Shown here one piece after another: positions 1 to 7,936 of a stretch of DNA of 64,000 nt (its first letter is position 1; each line of letters begins with the position of its first letter). Location of the stretch: positions 1-64,000 of the IMG/VR virus record IMGVR_UViG_3300001041_000017; one strand, given 5' to 3'. The position numbers were made by a program, and so were the translations under genes. The DNA is from a virus. Below the pieces are notes generated by a model. That model did no database searches. It saw only the letters and a list, made by a program, of their open reading frames with translations, and was not told the DNA's origin.

Positions 1-29
1 ATTCAATCTATCCAATCATCACCCAGAAG

Positions 30-69
30 AGAACCCTCTTGAGAAATTTGAGGGTTCTATTTCTTTTTG
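30..69 (+). terminator. Intrinsic terminator of upstream operon
   Basis: AGAACCCTC-loop-GAGGGTTCT followed by a T-rich tract. Confidence 0.7.
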
Positions 70-145
70 GAGATTTTTATTTTCCCAATAATATCAACAT
101 TTAAAGAATACAAATTTTAATAAAAAAGAAAGGGTCGATTTAATC

Positions 146-817
146 ATGAAAAGGGGAGTCAAGAATAAAGAAGATACAATCCCAAAAAGTAAAATACCTA
201 AAAAATATAAGAAGGTCAAAAAGGCCAAGACTTCTAAACCGAAAGTAACTACTGTAACTATTGGGAGTAATCCATATAAGATTCACAACTTCACCCATGT
301 TCATCTTCAGATAATAGATGATCTAGTCGAGGGAAGACTCAAAAAAGGAGAAATAGCTAAAAAGAATGATATAACTTCACAAATGCTTTGTAACTACTTT
401 AAAGATCCTCAATTTATGAAGATGTTACAGTCTGCTCAAATGGAAGCCGAGTCTGTATTTAGGACTGAAAGAATTAGATTCTACAGAAGAATAGCTCAAG
501 CAGCATTAATAGAAATAACTCATAAATTAGAAAGTGCAAAAGAAAGAAAGAAATTAACTGTTCCCACATTGTTAAATATGGTAGACAGAACTTTAGATAT
601 GCTAGACAAAGATAATGGAATATCATCTTCTGGAGATAAGAATAAAAATACTACTCCCGGAAGCGTAAATGTAAACATAATGAATACAAGTTTAGAAGAC
701 CAGGGATTCAGAAACCAATTTAAGATGATATTAAAAGGAGATTCTCAAAAGAAATTACCAGAACCAAAAGCTATAAATGTAGATTTTAGAACTGAAGAAG
801 ATGTTGAAGATGAATAA
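146..817 (+). CDS. terS: Probable terminase small subunit (HTH)
   Basis: Directly upstream of terL; HTH-like segment LKKGEIAKKNDITSQMLCNYFKDPQF; basic N-terminus. Confidence 0.65.
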   Translation: MKRGVKNKEDTIPKSKIPKKYKKVKKAKTSKPKVTTVTIGSNPYKIHNFTHVHLQIIDDLVEGRLKKGEIAKKNDITSQMLCNYFKDPQFMKMLQSAQMEAESVFRTERIRFYRRIAQAALIEITHKLESAKERKKLTVPTLLNMVDRTLDMLDKDNGISSSGDKNKNTTPGSVNVNIMNTSLEDQGFRNQFKMILKGDSQKKLPEPKAINVDFRTEEDVEDE

Positions 818-907
818 AGTATCTATTTTTGGTAAAAATAATAAAGCGAAAATAACTTTCTTAAAAACTCTCCCGTTGGAGGGTTTCTTTTTATTTAGAG
901 GGCTATT

Positions 908-2527
908 ATGCAAGTAGATACATTAGGAAATTATAATCAGAATGAAGCAAGGAAAGATTATTTAGATTGGTGTTTGAAAAATTTATTAGCAAGTAAGGAT
1001 AAAGAAGAATTACACGATTTTATAACTATAATATTAGGATCTCATGTTCCTAGATTATCTGTTTGTCCAGAACATGATGCTCCATTCGATTTCTTGGCTG
1101 ACTTATTTTTTGAAGACGTTCTAAACGCTTTAGTTTTGGCAAACAGGAACGGGGGTAAGACTTGGAATTTTGCCATTAAAAATGCCTTAGATGCTGTTTT
1201 TAAAGGTGTTGAAATTGCAAACATTGGAGCTATTCAAGCACAGGCAGAAAAATGTTTCAAGTATACCCAAGATCATTTTAAAGAGGGAACATTATTAAAT
1301 CCTTTTGCTATTGAGCTTCTTATGAAGAGGTCTAAGATAAGAACTTATGATGGATTTATTTCAGAACTTCAGATTTTGCCCGGCACAATGGCAGGAACTA
1401 ATAGCCCACATCCGGAGAAAGCTAACTTAGATGAAATAGATTTAATGGACTGGAAAATACTCCAGGAGGCTATGTCCATGCCTAAATCTACAAAAAGGGC
1501 TAGGGCAAGTCTTTGTTTAACAAGTACCCGGAAATCAGGATCAGGTCCAATGCAGAAATTATTAGACGAAGCAAAAACAAGAGATCTGAAAGTCTACTCC
1601 TGGTGTATCTGGGAGGTAATCGAAAACTGCTCATCCAAAAGGTCAGGTATTATTCCTGTGGAATATGAATACCTACCATACGGAGAAAAGGATAAATACA
1701 AAAGAAAAACTCTCTGGGTTTATACTCATAATAGATCTCTTAAAAATAGATACGTAACAAAAGAATTTCTAGAAGAAAAATCAGATCCAAGTAAATATTC
1801 TGGATGTTTAGCATGTCCATTAATTGAGGTCTGTCAAACTAAAGCTAAAAGGTCTGACGGATATTATTTGATTGATGATACAATTAGCAAGTTTAGAAAT
1901 CTAGATAGGGAAACCTGGGATGCTCAATGGGAATGTAAAAAACCAGGGAGAGACGGATTAGTTTATAAAGAATTTGATGATATTCATATTATAGATAGAT
2001 TTGATAGGAGCTTATATTTACCTGTAGATGCTGGACAAGATTTTGGATACACTAATCCGGCTCATACGGTATTTATGCAAAAAACAAATAGAGATCAGAT
2101 TATTATTTTTGATGAAATAGTAAGAACCCAAACTACACTAAACTTATTAATAAGTGAATGGTGGAAACCTGCCCAAGAGGAATATAATACATTAGACTGG
2201 ATATGTGATCCTGAAGATCCTAATGCTATTGCTCAAATGAGGCAAGCTAACATACCTGCTAGAGCTGCGGTTGACCGTGAAGTGGATGCAGGTATCAGAA
2301 CCCTAAGAGGGCTTATTAAGCCCAGTATAGGGGAGCCTAGACTGTATATATTGGCAAAGTGCGTAGAAACAATTAGAGACTTTCAAAGTTATCCTTATAG
2401 GCCAGGAACAGATAAACCATTTAAAGATAAATTTGATCATGGTTGTGATGCAGCGAGATACTGTATTCATACTAAATGGCCGAGTTTATCACAGCCTAAA
2501 AAGCAATTTAGAGCTACAACGGCTTGA
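908..2527 (+). CDS. terL: Terminase large subunit
   Basis: Walker A-like ANRNGGKT, Walker B ANLDEID, nuclease motifs AGQDFGYTNP and DHGCDAARY. Confidence 0.92.
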   Translation: MQVDTLGNYNQNEARKDYLDWCLKNLLASKDKEELHDFITIILGSHVPRLSVCPEHDAPFDFLADLFFEDVLNALVLANRNGGKTWNFAIKNALDAVFKGVEIANIGAIQAQAEKCFKYTQDHFKEGTLLNPFAIELLMKRSKIRTYDGFISELQILPGTMAGTNSPHPEKANLDEIDLMDWKILQEAMSMPKSTKRARASLCLTSTRKSGSGPMQKLLDEAKTRDLKVYSWCIWEVIENCSSKRSGIIPVEYEYLPYGEKDKYKRKTLWVYTHNRSLKNRYVTKEFLEEKSDPSKYSGCLACPLIEVCQTKAKRSDGYYLIDDTISKFRNLDRETWDAQWECKKPGRDGLVYKEFDDIHIIDRFDRSLYLPVDAGQDFGYTNPAHTVFMQKTNRDQIIIFDEIVRTQTTLNLLISEWWKPAQEEYNTLDWICDPEDPNAIAQMRQANIPARAAVDREVDAGIRTLRGLIKPSIGEPRLYILAKCVETIRDFQSYPYRPGTDKPFKDKFDHGCDAARYCIHTKWPSLSQPKKQFRATTA

Positions 2528-2542
2528 AAATATTTTATTAGT

Positions 2543-2582
2543 AAGGGAAATACCATAACTGGTTAGATATAATATAGGTAAG
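2543..2582 (+). promoter_or_regulatory. Phage-type promoter, copy 1
   Basis: AAGGGAAA-N15-GATATAATATAGGTAAG; the motif recurs at 3943, 54775 and 60637. Confidence 0.65.
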
Positions 2583-2618
2583 GGGTTAATTTAGTAGAGA
2601 GAGAGGGGGTGGGTTAGA

Positions 2619-2861
2619 GTAGGTAAAAAGAAGATATTACAGGATATAATAAACTTCTTTGAATTAGAGGAAGGGTTTGACAAGAATGAAATTATTAATG
2701 AAATACTTCACGGAATGAAAGAACTTAAAGGTTACGAGTCCGATGAAATAAGTCTAGAATGGGACGGAGATAACCTTATGGTTTTAAATGATTTCGTTGA
2801 AGAATTTTACCGGAAACTAATCGAAGGGATATGTAATGTCTTAAAGAGTTTTCAGAAATAA
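2619..2861 (+). CDS. Hypothetical acidic protein, not in ORF track; probable non-canonical start (GTA 2619 or ATA 2634)
   Basis: Open frame VGKKKILQDIINFFELEEGFD...NVLKSFQK after the promoter and a GGGGGTG SD; first ATG only at 2715. Confidence 0.5.
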   Translation, partial: VGKKKILQDIINFFELEEGFDKNEIINEILHGMKELKGYESDEISLEWDGDNLMVLNDFVEEFYRKLIEGICNVLKSFQK

Positions 2862-2889
2862 ATAATATAAATAGAAGGAGAGTGTTAGA

Positions 2890-3378
2890 ATGGGTGAAGT
2901 CACAATTAAGACTGGAGAAGACACCAGAATATGCTTATTGGTGGATGAAAATTGTCCGGATACCTCTTTGAAGTTTGAACAGCTATCCGATAACACAGTT
3001 AAGATCGAGAAACTGCCGAGTTTTCAGGAAAGTGAATTGGAAGAGTTTGACGAAGAACACGAATCACTTCCGGTAATCGTAGCCCTGTATGGAGATAGGT
3101 TGAAGAGTGTTTCTTTCGATATGGAAGACGATAGTCTAACCTTCACTACAATGAAAAGGGCTGCCGATGATAAGAATTATTCTAGCAGGAATATTTTCCT
3201 TGAAACTATGAATAACCCTGAAGGTAATCATTACGTCCAGACAGTTTATTTTGTGGAGGATTTTTCTGATAAGATCTCTGAAGATCTGGACCATCTGGAT
3301 CGGGCTATGGAAATAGGAGAAGATTTGGTTAATAATCTGAGTAAAAAACAAAAGAAAGAATTATCTTTGGTAAAATAA
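2890..3378 (+). CDS. Hypothetical acidic protein
   Basis: ORF with AAGGAG RBS. Confidence 0.75.
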   Translation: MGEVTIKTGEDTRICLLVDENCPDTSLKFEQLSDNTVKIEKLPSFQESELEEFDEEHESLPVIVALYGDRLKSVSFDMEDDSLTFTTMKRAADDKNYSSRNIFLETMNNPEGNHYVQTVYFVEDFSDKISEDLDHLDRAMEIGEDLVNNLSKKQKKELSLVK

Positions 3379-3420
3379 TTAGGTATACCTATTATTTTGA
3401 TTAAGAAAGGGGGTTCTTGA

Positions 3421-3891
3421 ATGGATCAGACCGTATCAGAAGAACAAACCTTAAAAGGTACTATAGATTCTGAGTGGCTGGCTACAGAAATAGCCGTAAT
3501 GATATACTCTTCTAGTCGGAAAGAGATTTTCGATGTTCTGGAGTGTATTTATGAAAAAGAACGAGACCCTAGGCTTTCTGCTAATAAGAAATTAGTGAGC
3601 AATATTCTTGATAAAACCTGCAAGAATATCAGTAAACTAATTGCCGATGTTTTGGAGAATTGGGAAGTGAAAGTTGAAGTAGGGGGAGAAATTTCTCCAG
3701 AAGAAACACTTCAAGCTATTAGGGAATACAACAATGTCAGGGGAATGATAGGATTTCCTCCGATACTACGCCCAGAAGTTTTTATTAGTCGTATTTCTGA
3801 AGAAACCAATATCTCTCCTGCTATTGTGAAACAGATTCTTGATGCCGAAACAGAATTAATTATTGAAAGAGTTAGTCCTAAAAAATTATAA
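3421..3891 (+). CDS. Hypothetical protein with HU-like helical segment at C-terminus
   Basis: ORF with GAAAGGGGG RBS; FISRISEETNISPAIVKQILDA resembles HU helices 1-2. Confidence 0.6.
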   Translation: MDQTVSEEQTLKGTIDSEWLATEIAVMIYSSSRKEIFDVLECIYEKERDPRLSANKKLVSNILDKTCKNISKLIADVLENWEVKVEVGGEISPEETLQAIREYNNVRGMIGFPPILRPEVFISRISEETNISPAIVKQILDAETELIIERVSPKKL

Positions 3892-3898
3892 CGGAAAG

Positions 3899-3937
3899 AA
3901 AACACCAGGATTTTATTATTCTGGTGTTTTTATTTTT
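3899..3937 (+). terminator. Intrinsic terminator
   Basis: AAAACACCAG...CTGGTGTTTT plus T tract. Confidence 0.75.
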
Positions 3938-3942
3938 ATCAT

Positions 3943-3983
3943 AAGGGAAAAACTGAAAATGTCTTGATATAATAAAGATAAGG
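3943..3983 (+). promoter_or_regulatory. Phage-type promoter, copy 2
   Basis: AAGGGAAA-N15-GATATAATAAAGATAAGG immediately after a terminator. Confidence 0.65.
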
Positions 3984-4007
3984 ACAGTTTTAAGGAGGTT
4001 TATTGTA

Positions 4008-4202
4008 GTGTGGAATTGTAAAAATCCTAGAGACTTTTATCCATCCAAAATGTTTTGCTCTATTTGTGGTAACATTCAAGAGATTCAACGTCCTAAAAGG
4101 AAAACTAGGAAAAATGGTCATATAAAAGACTTGTGGTGTATTCGGTGTAAAACCGAAACTAAACACATTGAAAACGCCGATATTCTTGCTATGACTGTTT
4201 AA
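4008..4202 (+). CDS. Small basic zinc-ribbon protein, L33-like
   Basis: CSIC...KDLWCIRCKTETKHIE; TAAGGAGG RBS. Confidence 0.6.
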   Translation: MWNCKNPRDFYPSKMFCSICGNIQEIQRPKRKTRKNGHIKDLWCIRCKTETKHIENADILAMTV

Positions 4203-4216
4203 ATAATTATTAAGAG

Positions 4217-4666
4217 GTGATTAGTATGAGTAAGTGTAGAATATGTGGTGAGATGGAATATCAAAACGGTATGTGTCTAAAATGTTTCATCATTGACAGG
4301 GATGTAAATATAGCTAATATTGAAAACTGCAAAAAGCAGTTAGAAGAATTATACGGTCAAAAAGAGAAAGAATTGCAATTTAAAGCAGAATATATGTGTA
4401 GGCCTTTTCTGGATGGGAAACCTGTAGACTTTGATTATGAATCTTCTAAATCAGATTCTTTACCATTAGACTATCCAATTCTCCCTAAAAAAATAGTATC
4501 CAAAGTAATATTAAATAATCCCAGAAAAATATTTGTTTACTCTGGTAAGGTTTCGGGATTGTTGAAACGGTTAGAGGAATTAAGATTTTCCTTTGAAAAG
4601 AATATATTTTCAACAATCGAAAATCAAATGTCTATTGATTTTATGAGAGCAGGTTTGTATAAATGA
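4217..4666 (+). CDS. Hypothetical protein with N-terminal CxxC...CxxC
   Basis: CRICG...MCLKC; RBS GAGGTG suggests start at 4226. Confidence 0.65.
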   Translation: MISMSKCRICGEMEYQNGMCLKCFIIDRDVNIANIENCKKQLEELYGQKEKELQFKAEYMCRPFLDGKPVDFDYESSKSDSLPLDYPILPKKIVSKVILNNPRKIFVYSGKVSGLLKRLEELRFSFEKNIFSTIENQMSIDFMRAGLYK

Positions 4667-5196
4667 ACATTAGAATAGCCGGACCTATAGTTCAAGATTC
4701 TATAGTTGATGGACCGGGGATAAGACATACTATTTTTACTCAAGGATGTCATTGGAATTGTCCAGGATGTCATAATCCTGAATCTCATAGTCTTAGTGGT
4801 GGAAAGATTTTAAAAGTAGATGATTTATATATGGAATTGAAAGAAATACTTAGACCATCAATTCATAGAGGGATAACTTTTTCCGGTGGAGATCCTTTTC
4901 TCTGGCCGTTAGAATTAAGTTATCTTGCTGAGAAAATAAAAACTCTTGGAAACTATGATATTATAGTTTACACTGGTTATAGTATGGAAGAATTAAAGCC
5001 TTTGAAGAAATGGATAAAGTTTTTAGAATTGATTGATTTGTTAGTAACAGATAGATTTCTTTTAGAACAAAAAGATTTATCGACTCCATTCCGGGGAAGT
5101 AGAAATCAAAGGATTTGGAAAAAGATTCTTAGAAATAATGGAATGATGTCTTTTGAACAAATTTCTGAAAAAGATATTTTGGGAGGTAAGATATGA
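4663..5196 (+). CDS. nrdG: Anaerobic ribonucleotide reductase activating protein (radical SAM)
   Basis: DSIVDGPGIR, FTQGCHWNCPGCHNP (CxxxCxxC), GITFSGGDP, FRGSRNQR. Confidence 0.92.
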   Translation: MNIRIAGPIVQDSIVDGPGIRHTIFTQGCHWNCPGCHNPESHSLSGGKILKVDDLYMELKEILRPSIHRGITFSGGDPFLWPLELSYLAEKIKTLGNYDIIVYTGYSMEELKPLKKWIKFLELIDLLVTDRFLLEQKDLSTPFRGSRNQRIWKKILRNNGMMSFEQISEKDILGGKI

Positions 5197-5393
5197 AAAA
5201 TCTATCAGTCGATGAGAAATATGAATTATGTTATAAACATTATTTAGAAAGTTGTACTATGGCAGGAGAAAAAACGGAAGTAACCCTGGAGACCTACGAA
5301 AGAGTTGTTCCTATTTCTCAAATTGATGAAATGATCAAATATGGTTATGTGGGAGACAGTAAGATTATTTTTGATAAGAAGGAGGTTTTCTAA
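5193..5393 (+). CDS. Hypothetical protein
   Basis: GGAGGT RBS; overlaps the nrdG stop. Confidence 0.65.
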   Translation: MKNLSVDEKYELCYKHYLESCTMAGEKTEVTLETYERVVPISQIDEMIKYGYVGDSKIIFDKKEVF

Positions 5394-5954
5394 ATAAATA
5401 TTATAGATTTTGATGTCCCATATCATATTGATTTAGTAGAAATCAGAAGGATATGTTCTGAAATACAAAACACAATTTGGGGACCAGATATAGATACTCC
5501 TATTTATATTATAGGAGTTAAACATAAAAAGTTCTTCTTTGAAAATGATAAGTATACTAAAGGATTAAAATATCCTGGGGATAAGTCATTCCGTGGAACT
5601 TGTTATCCTGTAGAAAATGAAATATTTGTTTATGCAGATAAATATGAAACAACAGAAAGTATCTTGTGGCTTATTTTTCACGAATTAACCCATATGGTTC
5701 TACGGAAAAATAAAATAACTTATTATTACATGATTTATAAAACTTTTCATTATTCTAGAGAATTGGGTTATCCGGATCTTCAATCGTATTACAATGATCC
5801 AAGAACTACTCTAAATGATGAAATACATGAAAAAGATCCAGAGGAAATATTCTGCAATTCTTCGGCATCTATTATGTTTAAAGATTGGGTATATCCTTCT
5901 GGAATTCAATATGATAGATTTTGGTGGAGGGCTAGGAATGAAAAGGATTTATAG
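5394..5954 (+). CDS. HExxH zinc-metallopeptidase-like protein; probable ATA start at 5394 (track shows only 5664-5954)
   Basis: AAGGAGG 8 nt before ATA 5394; open frame to 5954; IFHELTH plus downstream PEEIFCN. Confidence 0.65.
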   Translation: MNIIDFDVPYHIDLVEIRRICSEIQNTIWGPDIDTPIYIIGVKHKKFFFENDKYTKGLKYPGDKSFRGTCYPVENEIFVYADKYETTESILWLIFHELTHMVLRKNKITYYYMIYKTFHYSRELGYPDLQSYYNDPRTTLNDEIHEKDPEEIFCNSSASIMFKDWVYPSGIQYDRFWWRARNEKDL

Positions 5955-6138
5955 AAATACCATAACCGGAAAGATTCATATTACAAATATTTTTGAAAAC
6001 GCTCCTCACTTAGAGGAAATACCTTTAGAAAAGTTTTCTGCTGATAAAATAGAAAAAGAAATATCTAAATTAGAATCAAAAATAGAAACACTAAAAGAGT
6101 TACTTTCTCTTTTGAAGGAAATGATTAATGGAGGTTAG
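5938..6138 (+). CDS. Small coiled-coil protein (start likely ATG 5938)
   Basis: GGAGG RBS before 5938; heptad-like C-terminus. Confidence 0.55.
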   Translation: MKRIYRNTITGKIHITNIFENAPHLEEIPLEKFSADKIEKEISKLESKIETLKELLSLLKEMINGG

Positions 6139-6328
6139 TCAGGGAGAGTTAAGTAGAATGTTGGGAAGACATAATTCTGAAGGAATATTAGAAGGGAGAG
6201 GAATAGAGAAGAAAAGAATAAAATCAATCATCCAAAAATTAATTGAAGAAAATAAAAAATTTCAAGATACAAATTACAAAAAGGGAAGACAAGATATTTT
6301 AGAAAAACTTCTTTCAGAAATTAAATAA
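6128..6328 (+). CDS. Hypothetical basic protein
   Basis: Coupled ORF followed by a terminator. Confidence 0.55.
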   Translation: MEVSQGELSRMLGRHNSEGILEGRGIEKKRIKSIIQKLIEENKKFQDTNYKKGRQDILEKLLSEIK

Positions 6329-6335
6329 CCAAATC

Positions 6336-6368
6336 AAACGACTAAGAATTTACTTAGTCGTTTTTTTT
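6336..6368 (+). terminator. Intrinsic terminator closing the accessory island
   Basis: AAACGACTAAG-AATTTA-CTTAGTCGTTT plus T run. Confidence 0.85.
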
Positions 6369-6427
6369 ACGTTTTAAAACTTCAAAATTAACCAAATTAC
6401 AAAACGACAGAAAGGATTGATATACAT

Positions 6428-7936
6428 TTGTCTGGATTAATACTTCCTCCTGGTGTCAAAGTAGAAAAACAGCATAAATCATATGTTGTAGATAGTGAAG
6501 GTGAAATTCAAGAAATTCAAGAGGTTAAGAAAAATAAAGTATTTAAGGCTGACAACAAAATGAAAATATTTGATGAGTCGGCCGAATCAACACAGCTTTT
6601 AGACGAATCTTGGAGGGATCGATATCTGACAGGTGAAGTTATAAGACCTCCCTATGATCCGTATAAGCTCAGACAGTTCTTAGAGGATTCTGTTTTCCAT
6701 CTACGTTCTGTTAAACAGAAAGCTATTGATGTTTGCTGTTTAGGATGGGACATACTCCCCATAGATCCTCTTCAACCAAAAGAGGGAACTAATTATAAAA
6801 CTCTAGTTGACTTTTTTACAGAAGCTAACCCAGATATAGAACTCGTAGAAGTTTTAGAAAATGCTTGGGTGGATTACGAATCAATAGGCTGGAAATGTAT
6901 TGAAATGACAAGAAATAAAGCAAAAAAACCATACGCTTTTTATCATGTCCCATCTTACACTATGAGAAAAGCAGTAAAAGATCATGTTCATTGGGGCTAC
7001 ATTCAGAGGCGTTTCAATAGTAAGGGTATCCTCATTGCAGAAAGACATTTTAAGAAACTTGGAGACATGGAAGAAAGAATAGATCCCAACACAGGTAAAC
7101 CTATGAACGAAATGATATGGATGGACAATTACAGCACATTAAACGACTGGTACGGGGTTCCAGAATGGATTCCTGCAATCGGAGCCATGATCGGCAACAA
7201 CGAAGCCAGGGATTATAACATAGCCTTTTTTGCAAACGGGGCTATTCCTCAGTACGCTATAATTATGGAGGGTGGGGAAGTAACACCTGAAGTAAGAAAT
7301 ATCATTAAGAAACATTTTAGAGATCTTAAGGGAACCCAAAATTCTCACAGAACTCTTATCCTGGAATGTCCTGAAGGTGGTAAGATTCATTTAATACCAT
7401 TAGCCGTTGAAGTCCGTGACGGACATTTCCGGCTCTATAGAAAAGATAATAGAGATGAGGTTCTAGTAGCTCATGGAATGCCCCCATATCGCATAGGGAT
7501 AGCTGAAACAGGTAGTCTAGGTAGTAACGTGAGCGAGAACGCTACAGTTGTTTATAAGAACTCTGTGGTAACTCCCAGGCAAGTTAAGTTAGAACATAGA
7601 CTAAAAAGATTAATAAAAAAATGTTTCGGAATATATGACTTCTATTTGAAGTTTGCCGAAATTGATATTGACGATAAGAAATTGAAAGCAGAAATAGACG
7701 AAATTGAATCCAAAGCAGCAAAGAATTGGGTAGATTCAAGAATTTATACTCCAAACGAAATAAGAAAACAAAGAGGCTCAGGACCTCTTCCCGGTGGAGA
7801 CGAATTTCCTAGTGATACTCCTCCTATTCAAAATGGTACTGAAAAGATTGATAATAAGGATGATCAAAATAAAGAGAAGAAAAAAGTAATCAAGAGAGGT
7901 TCTGAAGATTGGAACAAAAAATTCAACGTCAGCTAG
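6428..7936 (+). CDS. Portal protein (PBSX/HK97-like)
   Basis: WYGVPEW, FFANGAIP, NRDEVLVAHGMPPYRIG, YTPNEIRK...PLPGGD. Confidence 0.92.
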   Translation: MSGLILPPGVKVEKQHKSYVVDSEGEIQEIQEVKKNKVFKADNKMKIFDESAESTQLLDESWRDRYLTGEVIRPPYDPYKLRQFLEDSVFHLRSVKQKAIDVCCLGWDILPIDPLQPKEGTNYKTLVDFFTEANPDIELVEVLENAWVDYESIGWKCIEMTRNKAKKPYAFYHVPSYTMRKAVKDHVHWGYIQRRFNSKGILIAERHFKKLGDMEERIDPNTGKPMNEMIWMDNYSTLNDWYGVPEWIPAIGAMIGNNEARDYNIAFFANGAIPQYAIIMEGGEVTPEVRNIIKKHFRDLKGTQNSHRTLILECPEGGKIHLIPLAVEVRDGHFRLYRKDNRDEVLVAHGMPPYRIGIAETGSLGSNVSENATVVYKNSVVTPRQVKLEHRLKRLIKKCFGIYDFYLKFAEIDIDDKKLKAEIDEIESKAAKNWVDSRIYTPNEIRKQRGSGPLPGGDEFPSDTPPIQNGTEKIDNKDDQNKEKKKVIKRGSEDWNKKFNVS

